Assembly: GCA_002269645.1 (NCBI GenBank)
Contig: NIVC01000841.1
Location: 310,001-374,000 of the forward strand
Direction: 5' to 3'
Source of the DNA: Macrostomum lignano
Taxonomy: Eukaryota
DNA: 64,000 nt
Numbering within the stretch: position 1 is the stretch's first letter; every line of letters begins with the position of its first letter. The notes under the pieces were generated by a model. That model was not told the origin of the DNA. It saw nothing but the letters and a program-made list of their open reading frames with translations, and ran no database searches. Below, one piece after another: positions 34,138 through 47,529 of this stretch. A program made the position numbers and the translations under genes.

Positions 34138-37100
34138 GTCCTGATTGATCCATCATTTACGGAAGTCATGGGTCACAGGGTCACAGAGTCCTGCTGATTG
34201 ATCCATCATTCACGGGAGTCATGGGTCACAGAGTCCTGCTGATTGATCCATCATTTACGGGAGTCATGGGTCACAGGGTCACAAAGTCCTGCTGATTGAT
34301 CCATCATTCACGGGAGTCATGGGTCACAGGGTCACAAAGTCCTGCTGATTGATCCATCATTCACGGGAGTCATGGGTCACAGGGTCACAGAGTCCTGCTG
34401 ATTGATCCATCATTCACGGGAGTCATGGGTCACAGAGAGTCCTGCTGATTGATCCATCATTCACGGGAGTCATGGGTCACAGAGAGTCCTGCTGATTGAT
34501 CCATCATTTACCGGAGTCATGGGTCACAGAGAGTCCTGCTGATTGATCCATCATTTACCGGAGTCATGGGTCACAGAGAGTCCTGCTGATTGATCCATCA
34601 TTCACGGGAGTCATGGGTCACAGGGTCACAGAGTCCTGCTGATTGATCCATCATTCACGGGAGTCATGGGTCACAGGGTCACAAAGTCCTGCTGATTGAT
34701 CCATCATTCACGGGAGTCATGGGTCACAGGGTCACAAAGTCCTGCTGATTGATCCATCATTCACGGGAGTCATGGGTCACAGGGTCACAGAGTCCTGCTG
34801 ATTGATCCATCATTCACGGGAGTCATGGGTCACAGAGAGTCCTGCTGATTGATCCATCATTCACGGGAGTCATGGGTCACAGAGAGTCCTGCTGATTGAT
34901 CCATCATTTACCGGAGTCATGGGTCACAGAGAGTCCTGCTGATTGATCCATCATTTACCGGAGTCATGGGTCACAGAGAGTCCTGCTGATTGATCCATCA
35001 TTTACGGGAGTCATGGGTCACAGGGTCACAGAGTCCTGCTGATTGATTCATCATTCACGGGAGTCATGGGTCACAGAGAGTCCTGCTGATTGGTCCATCA
35101 TTAACGGGAGTCATGGGTCACAGAGAGTCCTGCTGATTGATCCATCATTTACCGGAGTCATGGGTCACAGGGTCACAGAGTCCTGCTGATTGATCCATCA
35201 TTCACGGGAGTCATGGGTCACAGAGAGTCCTGCTGATTGATCCATCATTCACGGGAGTCATGGGTCACAGAGAGTCCTGCTGATTGATCCATCATTTACG
35301 GGAGTCATGGGTCACATGGTCACAGAGTCCTGCTGATTGATCCATCATTCACGGGAGTCATGGGTCACAGGGTCACAGAGTCCTGCTGATTGATCCATCA
35401 TTCACGGGAGTCATGGGTCACAGAGAGTCCTGCTGATTGATCCATCATTTACCGGAGTCATGGGTCACAGGGTCACAGAGTCCTGCTGATTGATCCATCA
35501 TTCACGGGAGTCATGGGTCACAGAGTCCTGCTGATTGATCCATCATTTACCGGAGTCATGGGTCACAGGGTCACAGAGTCCTGCTGATTGATCCATCATT
35601 CACGGGAGTCATGGGTCACAGAGAGTCCTGCTGATTGATCCATCATTCACGGAGTCATGGGTCACAGGGTCACAGAGTCCTGCTGATTGATCCATCATTC
35701 ACGGGAGTCATGGGTCACAGAGAGTCCTGCTGATTGATCCATCATTTACGGGAGTCATGGGTCACAGGGTCACAGAGTCCTGCTGATTGATCCATCATTC
35801 ACGGGAGTCATGGGTCACAGAGAGTCCTGCTGATTGATCCATCATTCACGGGAGTCATGGGTCACAGAGAGTCCTGCTGATTGATCCATCATTTACCGGA
35901 GTCATGGGTCACAGGGTCACAGAGTCCTGCTGATTGATCCATCATTCACGGGAGTCATGGGTCACAGAGAGTCCTGCTGATTGATCCATCATTCACGGGA
36001 GTCATGGGTCACAGAGAGTCCTGCTGATTGACCCGTTGGAAAAGTTATGCACCTGCAGAGGCATAAAAGGTGAACGAGGTGCACAAAAGAGGCACTTTAG
36101 TGGTCCATTTCGTGTGTGTTTTGGAAATGCACCTGAGTGCACCTTTTATGCCTAAATGTCACCAATATTTTTGAAAAGAGGCATGAAAGGTGTACAATCG
36201 GTGAAGTGGTCAGGCAGTAGGTGAATTCTCAATTTTGATTGGTTGTGGCGGTAGGGGCAGTAAAGGTGTATAAGGGGCACTGGAGGTGCGCAAAAGGTGA
36301 AGGGTAGGCTCACAAGTGAGGCACATCAGGGGAACGAGAGGTGCTGAAGGGGCACAGAAAGCGCATGAAAGGTGAATTAGAGGTGCATTTAAGATGCATT
36401 TCAGGCACGAAAGGTGAATTAGAGGTACATAAGGTGTACATGTGCGGCGTAAATATGTATACAGGTGCATTTCCAAAACACGCTCGAAATATACCCCTAA
36501 AGTGTCTCTTCTGTGCACCTCGTTCACCTTTCATGCCTATGCATGAATTAACGCATTAATAATTCGTAACAAAATTAACTGAGAGTTACATACAGTAACA
36601 TACTCGTACATTGCATGCACAGATTGAACATAGAAAAGCTTTATTTACACCTATACTAATCGCTGCTATCCCCTTCCTGATCCTAACAAACCACGAAACT
36701 AAACATTTCCTATACTGATAAGTTTTAATGACTTTCAAATACTCAGGAAAAGTTCCGAAAAGTGATAAAAGGAAGCAAATAACTTTGCCAGTTGAAAATT
36801 TAACGCCCCTTGCATTGCCTCTACGCCTAAAGTGCCCACTGTGCACCTTTTATTCACCTTTCGTGCCTCCAGTGCACACTGTACACTTTTTATGCACCTC
36901 CACCGCAGCGCACCTTTTATTCACCTTTCACTCCACCAATGCCCCCAATTCCGACTTTGTTCACCTTTTGTGCCTCAACGCACACTGTGCACCTTTTATG
37001 CACCTGAATCCCCTACGACACCTGTGCCCCTACCGCCTATTTCGTGCCTTAAATTCACCTTTTGACCCTGCAGAGGCACTCAGGTGAACACGCGGTGCAC

Positions 37101-39632
37101 AAGTGGCACAAAATAGGCATAGAAGAGGCGAAAGTGAGGCAGAAGGTGTAAAACTCTTCACCTTTCATGCCTACTTTAAAAACTCAAAATCCAACGGGTG
37201 ATCCATCATTTACCGGAGTCATGGGTCACAGGGTCACAGAGTCCTGCTGATTGATCCATCATTCACGGGAGTCATGGGTCACAGAGAGTCCTGCTGATTG
37301 GTCCATCATTTACCGGAGTCATGGGTCACAGGGTCACAGAGTCCTGCTGATTGATCCATCATTCACGGGAGTCATAGGTCACAGAGAGTCCTGCTGATTG
37401 ATCCATCATTTACCGGAGTCATGGGTCACAGGGTCACAGAGTCCTGCTGATTGATCCATCATTCACGGGAGTCATGGGTCACAGAGAGTCCTGCTGATTG
37501 GTCCATCATTTACCGGAGTCATGGGTCACAGGGTCACAGAGTCCTGCTGATTGATCCATCATTCACGGGAGTCATAGGTCACAGAGAGTCCTGCTGATTG
37601 ATCCATCATTCACGGAGTCATGGGTCACAGGGTCACAGAGTCCTGCTGATTGATCCATCATTCACGGGAATCATGGGTCACAGAGAGTCCTGCTGATTGA
37701 TCCATCATTTACCGGAGTCATGGATCACAGGGTCACAGAGTCCTGCTGATTGATCCATCATTCACGGGAGTCATGGGTCACAGAGAGTCCTGCTGATTGA
37801 TCCATCATTCACGGGAGTCATGGGTCACAGAGAGTCCTGCTGATTGATCCATCATTTACCGGAGTCATGGGTCACAGGGTCACAGAGTCCTGCTGATTGA
37901 TCCATCATTCACGGGAGTCATGGGTCACAGAGAGTCCTGCTGATTGATCCATCATTTACCGGAGTCATGGGTCACAGGGTCACAGAGTCCTGCTGATTGA
38001 TCCATCATTCACGAGAGTCATGGGTCACAGAGAGTCCTGCTGATTGATCCATCATTTACGGGAGTCATGGGTCACAGGGTCACAGAGTCCTGCTGATTGA
38101 TCCATCATTCACGGGAGTCATGGGTCACAGGGTCACAGAGTCCTGCTGATTGATCCATCATTCACGGGAGTCATGGGTCACAGAGAGTCCTGCTGATTGG
38201 TCCATCATTTACCGGAGTCATGGGTCACAGGGTCACAGAGTCCTGCTGATTGATCCATCATTCACGGGAGTCATAGGTCACAGAGAGTCCTGCTGATTGA
38301 TCCATCATTCACGGGAGTCATGGGTCACAGGGTCACAGAGTCCTGCTGATTGATCCATCATTCACGGGAGTCATGGGTCACAGAGAGTCCTGCTGATTGA
38401 TCCATCATTTACCGGAGTCATGGATCACAGGGTCACAGAGTCCTGCTGATTGATCCATCATTCACGGGAGTCATGGGTCACAGAGAGTCCTGCTGATTGA
38501 TCCATCATTCACGGGAGTCATGGGTCACAGAGAGTCCTGCTGATTGATCCATCATTCACGGGAGTCATGGGTCACAGGGTCACAGAGTCCTGCTGATTGA
38601 TCCATCATTTACCGGAGTCATGGGTCACAGAGAGTCCTGCTGATTGATCCATCATTCACGGGAGTCATGGGTCACAGGGTCACAGAGTCCTGCTGATTGA
38701 TCCATCATTCACGGGAGTCATGGGTCACAGAGTCCTGCTGATTGATCCATCATTTACCGGAGTCATGGGGCACAGGGTCACAGAGTCCTGCTGATTGATC
38801 CATCATTTACCGGAGTCATGGGTCACAGAGTCCTGCTGATTGATCCATCATTTACCGGAGTCATGGGTCACAGGGTCACAGAGTCCTGCTGATTGATCCA
38901 TCATTCACGGGAGTCATGGGTCACAGAGAGTCCTGCTGATTGATCCATCATTCACGGGAGTCATGGGTCACAGGGTCACAGAGTCCTGCTGATTGATCCA
39001 TCATTTACCGGAGTCATGGGTCACAGAGAGTCCTGCTGATTGATCCATCATTTACCGGAGTCATGGGTCACAGGGTCACAGAGTCCTGCTGATTGATCCA
39101 TCATTCACGGGAGTCATGGGTCACAGAGAGTCCTGCTGATTGATCCATAATTCACGGGAGTCATGGGTCACAGAGAGTCCTGCTGATTGATCCATCATTT
39201 ACCGGAGTCATGGGTCACAGGGTCACAGAGTCCTGCTGATTGATCCATCATTCACGGGAGTCATGGGTCACACAGAGTCCTGCTGATTGATCCATCATTT
39301 ACCGGAGTCATGGGTCACAGGGTCACAGAGTCCTGCTGATTGATCCATCATTCACGGGAGTCATGGGTCACAGAGAATCCTGCTGATTGATCCATCATTT
39401 ACGGGAGTCATGGGTCACAGGGTCACAGAGTCCTGCTGATTGATCCATCATTCACGGGAGTCATGGGTCACAGGGTCACAGAGTCCTGCTGATTGATCCA
39501 TCATTTACCGGAGTCATGGGTCACACAGAGTCCTGCTGATTGATCCATCATTTACGGGAGTCATGGGTCACAGGGTCACAGAGTCCTGCTGATTGATCCA
39601 TCATTTACCGGAGTCATGGGTCACACAGAGTC
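34138..39632. repeat. Satellite array of 45/47/53-bp units, interrupted at 36032-37198
   Basis: GAGTCCTGCTGATTGATCCATCATTCACGGGAGTCATGGGTCACA, with optional GA or an 8-bp GGGTCACA duplication. Confidence 0.97.
36032..37198. mobile_element. Non-autonomous DNA transposon (1167 bp), CMC/CACTA- or Harbinger-like
   Basis: 9-bp TIR CCCGTTGGA...TCCAACGGG; 3-bp TSD TGA (36029-36031, 37199-37201) reconstructed exactly from the satellite unit; many subterminal AAAGGTGAA/TTCACCTTT motifs; no transposase ORF. Confidence 0.88.
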
Positions 39633-39654
39633 CCGTTGGCATTGAAATGCATGC

Positions 39655-42600
39655 ATGAAAATGTCCTGGAATGACGCCAATCGCTTAGACCGGATTATGC
39701 AGTCGCTAACTGCGGATTATCGAAGAAGCTTTGGTGGCAACGAAGAAGCTGTTGAAAGTTTCGGCGGAGCTCTCGACGCTGTCAGAGCGTCAATAGATGA
39801 GGAACAGTCACCTGACGGCAGCGGCGGCGGCCAGACTACCTGTCTGGTTTGCATCGAAGATGTCACAGCCAGACAGCCAATTTGGTCTTGTCCAGCTTGT
39901 TTTGTTAGCTTGCACCTGCCTTGCACTCTGAGTTGGATTCGAAGTTGTTCAGTTATTACTGATGCAGGAGCTGTGGCTAATGCAGCCTCCTCGTCAGGTT
40001 GGACTTGCCCGAATTGTCGGGCCAGTTTTAAAGCCGCTGACGTGCCGAAGCGATACACCTGCTATTGCGGTCGGGTTGAAGATCCCGAGTTCGATCCCTG
40101 GCTGGTGCCGCATTCCTGCGGTTCCCGTTGCGATCGGACTTTGAACTGCGGCGGCGACGGGCACACATGTTTGTTGCTGTGCCATCCGGGCAGGTGCCCG
40201 CCCTGTCCTCGGACTGTCACCGTTGCCTGTCATTGCGGCGGAGGTGGCGTTAGGAAACTGCGCTGCGGTCAGACTTGGTGAGTTCTACGCTTATCCCAGA
40301 TGCTACTCTTATCCCAGATGCTACTCTTATCCCAGATGCTACTCTTATCCCAGATGCTACTCTTATCCCAGATGCTACTCTTATCCCAGATGCTACTCTT
40401 ATCCCAGATGCTACTCTTATCCCAGATGCTACTCTTATCCCAGATGCTACTCTTATCCCAGATGCTACGCTTATAGATGCTACACTCATCATAGATGCTA
40501 CGCTTATCCCAGATACTACTCTTATGTCAGATGCTACGCTTATCCCAGATGCTACTCTTATCCCAGATGCTACGCTTATCCCAGATGCTACGCTTATCCC
40601 AGATGCTACGCTTATCCCAGATGCTACGCTTATCCCAGATGCTACTCTTATCCCAGATGCTACGCTTATCCCAGATGCTACTCTTATCCCAGATGCTACT
40701 CTTATCCCAGATGCTACTCTTATCCCAGATGCTACGCTTATAGATGCTACACTCATCATAGATGCTACGCTTATCCCAGATACTACTCTTATGTCAGATG
40801 CTACTCTTATCCCAGATGCTACTCTTATCCCAGATGCTACGCTTATAGATGCTACACTCATCATAGATGCTACGCTTATCCCAGATACTACTCTTATGTC
40901 AGATGCTACGCTTATCCCAGATGCTACTCTTATCCCAGATGCTACGCTTATCCCAGATGCTACGCTTATAGATGCTACTCTTATCCCAGATGCTACGCTT
41001 ATCCCAGATGCTACTCTTATCCCAGATGCTACTCTTATCCCAGATGCTACTCTTATCCCAGATGCTACGCTTATAGATGCTACACTCATCATAGATGCTA
41101 CGCTTATCCCAGATACTACTCTTATGTCAGATGCTACGCTTATCCCAGATGCTACTCTTATCCCAGATGCTACGCTTATCCCAGATGCTACGCTTATAGA
41201 TGCTACTCTTATCCCAGATGCTACGCTTATCCCAGATGCTACGCTTATCCCAGATGCTACGCTTATAGATGCTACGCTTATCCCAGATGCTACGCTTATC
41301 CCAGATGCTACGCTTATCCCAGATGCTACTCTTATCTCAGATGCTACGTTTATCCCAGATGCTACGCTTATCCCAGATACTACGCTTATCCCAGATTCCA
41401 GTTTTATTATCCAATGCCAAATAAGCTACATCCCGCCTAATAACCGTGTCTATCAGGTCCTGCGAGCGACCCTGCAGCCGTCCCCTAGCTGGCTGCGAGC
41501 ATCGCTGCCCAGTAGTGTGCCACCCGGGTCCCTGCCAGCCCTGCTCAGTCCGGCTAAACACCGTCACCTGTCGTTGCGGCTCCCAACAGCGCCCAGCCGT
41601 TCTCTGCTCCGAGCGCGACTGGCAATGCGACCGAGTGTGCAACCGGGATCTGGGCTGCGGCTATCACCGCTGCCAACGGGTCTGCCACTCAGACCCGTGC
41701 GGCTCCTGCCCCGCCGCAGGCGGCAGAACCTGCCCATGCGGTAAGCTGCCGCTTCCTGGACTGTCGTGCTCAGACGATGTCGTCTTGTCGACGTGTTCCG
41801 ACACGTGCGGCAGGTCGTTGGCCTGCGGTGTGCACGCGTGCCCGGACCAGTGCCACCTGGGCCCGTGCCCGCCCTGCCGAGAGATGGTTAGAAAGGCCTG
41901 CCGGTGCGGTAAAACTACGCGTGAAGTTCAATGTCATAAACAGGTGCGTTTTTTACTTGTCTTCATACTACTATCAGAAGTAGAGCATATTGTTGACTAG
42001 CGACTTATTTTGTTTCAATTTTACTCTGTAGTAATCTAAATCTTAGGCCCAGAATCTTAGTTATCAGTTTCTTTGTCTCGTATAGAATCTCTGGGGTGAG
42101 ATTTTGTCTGTTGTAGAATCTTTGTGGGGAGATTTTGTCTGTGATGCATTCTAGGGGTGAGATTTTATCTGGTATAGAATCTCTGGGGTGAGATTTTATC
42201 TGGTATAGAATCTCTGGGGTGAGATTTTATCTGGTATAGAATCTCTGGGGTGAGATTTTATCTGGTATAGAATCTCTGGGGTGAGATTTTATCTGGTATA
42301 GAATCTCTGGGGTGAGATTTTATCTGGTATAGAATCTCTGGGGTGAGATTTTATCTGGTATAGAATCTCTGGGGTGAGATTTTATCTGGTATAGAATCTC
42401 TGGGGTGAGATTTTGTCTGGTATAGAATCTCTTGGGGTAAGATTTTGTCTGTTGTGGAATCTCTGGGGTGAGATTTTGTTTTTTTCGTGGAATCTCTGTG
42501 GTGAGATTTTTGTTTGGTATAGAATTTCTAGGGTGCGATTTTTGTTTTTTTGGAAACTATGGGTCAGATTTTGTTTGTTTAAATAATCTCTGGGGTGAGA

Positions 42601-44563
42601 TTTTGCCTGGTATGAAATCTCTGGAGTGAGATTTTGTCTGTTTAAAAAATCTCTGGGGTGAGATTTTGTTTAAAATCTCAGAGTAAAATGTATCCTACTT
42701 TAAAGTATTTATGATTAGGCATTTGATGCCTTAAATCTTGGGACAAAACTTTTGTGTTCGAAATTGAGAAAACCCTATGAGGTCAGGAGGACCTGGTTCT
42801 CTGCGCTGTCAGATACGTCAATTTCTTTAAATATAACTCTCTTCTGACTGTTATCTAGACTGTTATATTGTAGAGATTGTGAAAATCATCTGAGCTCCTT
42901 GCGTGCGAGTCATTAATTCAATCTTCTCGTCTCTCAATCTCTACTCAATTTGAGACTCGGGTGGCGCAAATGAAGCAGTCTGCAGTCTATTTCCGGGCTA
43001 AAAAATGCCTTTTAGTTAATTATCGGTCCGCTGGTTTTGCTTATTAGCTCTCTGAGTATCGTTCTCAGCTTAATTCAATAGCTCGGAAGGACCTGATTAG
43101 GAAAACGGATTTCAAGCATTGGCTTTGGCCTGAATCCCAATCAGGATTCTTTACTTCTTTTGACACTGGATACCCACTGTCCTTCAGCCTCTCAACCGAC
43201 ACCCACTCACCGACACCTCCCACTGACGCCCTCTGCGACACTCCCTCACCGACACTCCCCTTACCGGCACTCCCTTACAGACATTCTATCACTGAAACTC
43301 CCTCACCGACACCCCCTTACCGACACCCCCTCACCGACACTCCCTCACCGACACTCCCTCACCGACACCCCCTTACCGACACCCCCTCACCGACACCCCC
43401 TTACCGACACTCCCTAACCGACACTCCTTAATGACACCCCTCACCGACACCCGACTATAACTAAAATTACGCATATTCGCTTTTCTCCCTCAGGTAACCT
43501 GCGATGTGAAATGCGGGCGCGATCGCGGCTGCGGCCGCCACCAGTGCAAACGTCGCTGCTGTCCCGGCGGCTGTCCGCCATGCGACGCCCTGTGCGGCAG
43601 GCCGCTCAACTGTGGCCAGCACAAATGCCAGAGCCCCTGCCACAGCGGGCCGTGCTATCCGTGTACCGAGCGACAGGTTAATTAGCTTCTGATGTGTACA
43701 TGTATCGGGAATTTTGTCTGTTTCTAAGGCCCATAGCATTGGTTGCTAAGGCTATAGATTGGTTGTTAAGGCTTAGCATTGGTTGCTAAGACCAGTAGCA
43801 TTGGTTGCTGAGGCCCATAGCATTGGTTGCTAAGGCCCAAAGCATTGGTTGCTGAGGCCCATAGCATTGGTTGCTAAGGCCCAAAGCATTGGTTGCTGAG
43901 GCCCATAGCATTGGTTGCTAAGGCCCATAGCATTGGTTGCTAAGGCTATAGATTGGTTGTTAAGGCTTAGCATTGGTTGCCAAGAGGCGATAGCATTGGT
44001 TGCTAAGGCCACCGTCTCCCAACTCCTCTGGTTTGCATCAAACCGGTTTCTCGCGCCACTCCACCCCCTGTCCAGGTGATTACCTGCCCGTGCGGTTTCG
44101 CTCGAGTAGCGCACCCTTGCGGCTCCCGGCGGCGCGGCCCACCCCGACCTCCGCGCTGCCCGCGGCCTTGCCAGGCGCCACCCGACTGTCGACATCCGGC
44201 GCGCGAGCCGCACCCGTGCCACTCCGGCGCCTGCCCGCCCTGCCGCCTGCCGTGCGGCGCCGAGCTGCCCTGTGGGCACGCCTGTCAATCTCCCTGTCAC
44301 GCCGCTAAACTGGTGACCATCAAGCGCGAGGTTCGCGGACCCTGGGATGGTCCGGCCGAGGTGCAGGAGCTGCGCTGCCTGCCCTGTCCACCCTGTCGGG
44401 CCCCGGTGCCCGTCCGATGTTTGGGCGGCCACGAGGTGGCCAACGCGCCCTGCTGCGAAGCCAAGCCGCGCTCCTGCGGTTGGGCCTGCGGCGCTGAGAT
44501 GAACTGCGGCCGGCACCGCTGCGAGCTCGACTGCCACGAACTGGTGAGCTGCTGTCTGCCTGT

Positions 44564-44597
<34 letters not shown>

Positions 44598-44620
44598 CTG
44601 TCTGTGTCTGTCTGTCTGTG

Positions 44621-44653
<33 letters not shown>

Positions 44654-44682
44654 GTCTGTCTTTCTGTCTGTGTCTGTCTGGG

Positions 44683-44743
<61 letters not shown>

Positions 44744-44788
44744 GGGTCTGTCTGTCTGTCTGTCTGGGTGTCTGTCTGTCTGTCTGTG

Positions 44789-44825
<37 letters not shown>

Positions 44826-45507
44826 TTGTCTGTCTGTCTGTCTGTCTGTCTGTGTCTGTCAGTCAATCAATAATTAACAAATCCAATTATAAAATGCCGA
44901 CTCCCCAGCTATATGGTAATTTGTCAATCTATTTCGTAATTGTGTATAATGTGCCTCCAAAGCCAAAAGTACTTTTAGTTTCACTAATCGGCGTGCAGGT
45001 AATACATTGCTCTTCCTTGTAGGTCTTTAGTCACGTCAGCTCTTATGAATAAATGATATTTTGTAAATCTCCATTAGATGATGCTCAATACTCGTGCGAA
45101 ATTTGGTATTTTATATCTAATATGCTGCCCTCTAGATATTGGAAAATAGAAAAATGATTGAAGAAAATTTCCCTAAGAGATAATGAGACTATGAGAGGCA
45201 AGTAAGCAGCTGAGTGCCAAATCCTATCACCGGGATCTGTTTAGTTCGATAGTCTGCGGTCTCCGTCGGTCTCTCTTTGTCGCTTTTATTTTTAGAAGTT
45301 ATTTATCAGACAGATCACGCGACCTTGAAATAATTAATTGCTGGTTTAAAAATATTTTTCCTCTTGTATTCCCCCGTTCTTCTTTAATTAGACAACTCTC
45401 AGAGTTTTCGTGCATTTTTGAAAGAAATCTATGACAGAAAAGGTTTGGGTAGTGTAAAAATATAGATGAATGCATATATTAATAGATAAATAGATAGATA
45501 CATAGAC

Positions 45508-45544
<37 letters not shown>

Positions 45545-45551
45545 CATAGAC

Positions 45552-45620
<69 letters not shown>

Positions 45621-47459
45621 CATAGACAGATAGATAGACAGATAGATAGATAGATAGATAGGTAGATAGACAGATAGACAAATTAAAACAGTGCATATTT
45701 CGGACCTCTGCTTGGTCATCTTGGGCTTGAAAAAGGCAATAAAAAATTTTTGAAGCCCAGTAAATTTATTACAAAATCATTTAAAGTATTCCTGGCCATA
45801 ATTTATAATCGTAACTAGTTTTAATATTGCGCATATATGCTGAAAAAATTGTTTCGCAGATTTCTCAAATTAATCAAAATAATTCCGAGGTAAAACAGGA
45901 GTATCTAATATTTGTTATTGTAATCATTTAAAGTGTAGTCAATTTTAAAGCAAAGAAATTCTTCGAAATAGCAAATGAAATTAGCGCAAATCCAGCCTCG
46001 AACGCATCACCATCACGGAGTCCTTCGGCTGCAGGTGTCTGCCACCCCGGCAGTGGCACAGACTGTTCCTTAAATCGCGTCTGAATACCGGACACGTAAT
46101 CAAATAGAACAATGGTTGAAAGCATGGTCGAATTATGCTAGCAAGGCTCGTTGCTATGGCAACTGCGCAAATAGCTGAACCGACCTGGGGCAATTGCAGG
46201 TGCAACTTCCACTGCGGCAATTGGGCCGATTCGAATATTACAAATCGCAGCGCAGTGATTGGCATGTGGAATACTGAGTAGGATATTATGCCCGTTAGCG
46301 CTAGTTGGTCGCTCCATGTCTCTACTGTTGTTGCGTCGCCAATCAGTCGGGTGTCGTTATCGGTTCCGACGCCGTTGTTTAATCCGTTGCTCACGGCTGC
46401 GCCCATGACGGTGCTAAAGGCTAACTTGCCGCATAGTAGAATAGCTAGCAGTGCTGGCAATGCCAGTTGAATAACAAATGCTAGCCAAGGCAATGCTAGC
46501 CAATTATACATATTCGAATTCGGTGTCAGCAGGCATTCCAGAGATTGATTGTTCGATAAGACAATCGAGCCAGAATTGACAATAGCAACGCTGTTAGACT
46601 TCGGCAGTATGGGCACTAGTGCCAGATCGGGCAGCATTGGCAGGTGAATTATTAATAATACAGCCGATATAATTAACGAAGTTGCTAGACAACACCGAGA
46701 TTGGCGTCTGCAGTTGCCTAGCAACCGTTCTATAACCAGCAGACAATACGCCCCCGCTTGACAGGAGTGAGTGCTCAATTGCAGATAGGGCAACGCTCGG
46801 CACAGGTGTAAATCTCTTGCAGACCATGTTATTATTGTAGTAGTTGCTAGGGGCAGACAAATTGTTAGAAGACTTGCCGCATCCACGATTGCTGTCCAGG
46901 CTAGCAGAGCTGCTGTTGTGGTTGTTCGAAACGCTCCTCTTGCTAGAGCTGCTAGAAGCAAGCAGTTGATAGTGAGGCCAATAGCACAGCATGCAAATAG
47001 AACGCCTGCGATTGCCTTACCGGCGGTGGCATCTGGCCTCTCACAGAGCTGCACAATTTGCAATTGAAATTTGTCTCCAATCCGATCCAAAGTGTACACT
47101 TGCCAAGCTGTATCTAACGGTGTTATCATGTCGCTTCGCTCTCAAATCCAGGAATCGGTTGAATTAGCCAGGTTTAACCAGCCGAAGATTCTGCTATTTG
47201 CTATGCTGCAAAAGAAGGAAGAATCGAAACCTTTGCTATAGCTGCGTTCGTCTTCTGTTTGTTCGCTCTTTAGAAGAAAAAAAAAACAGTCAGTCGGTTC
47301 GTGAGCCACAATTTCTATTTCTAACTGGTTCAGCGAGAGGCGGAGAGAGAGGAAAAGATGGGGGAGAGTTGAAAACTGGATCTACGAGTAGGCGACGGGT
47401 TGGATGGACGCTGTTGGCTGCCAGGCGCTGGGGCAGAAGAGGACGAGGCCGATTCTCTC

Positions 47460-47529
<70 letters not shown>

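Noticed and set aside
34138-39632. CRISPR-like regular repeat
   Set aside because: Units are contiguous with no unique spacers, there are no cas genes, and the context is eukaryotic.
40223-41744. (YPRCYS)n and (LIPDAT)n ORFs
   Set aside because: 18-bp array inside NFXL1 intron 1; the flanking exons join in phase without it.
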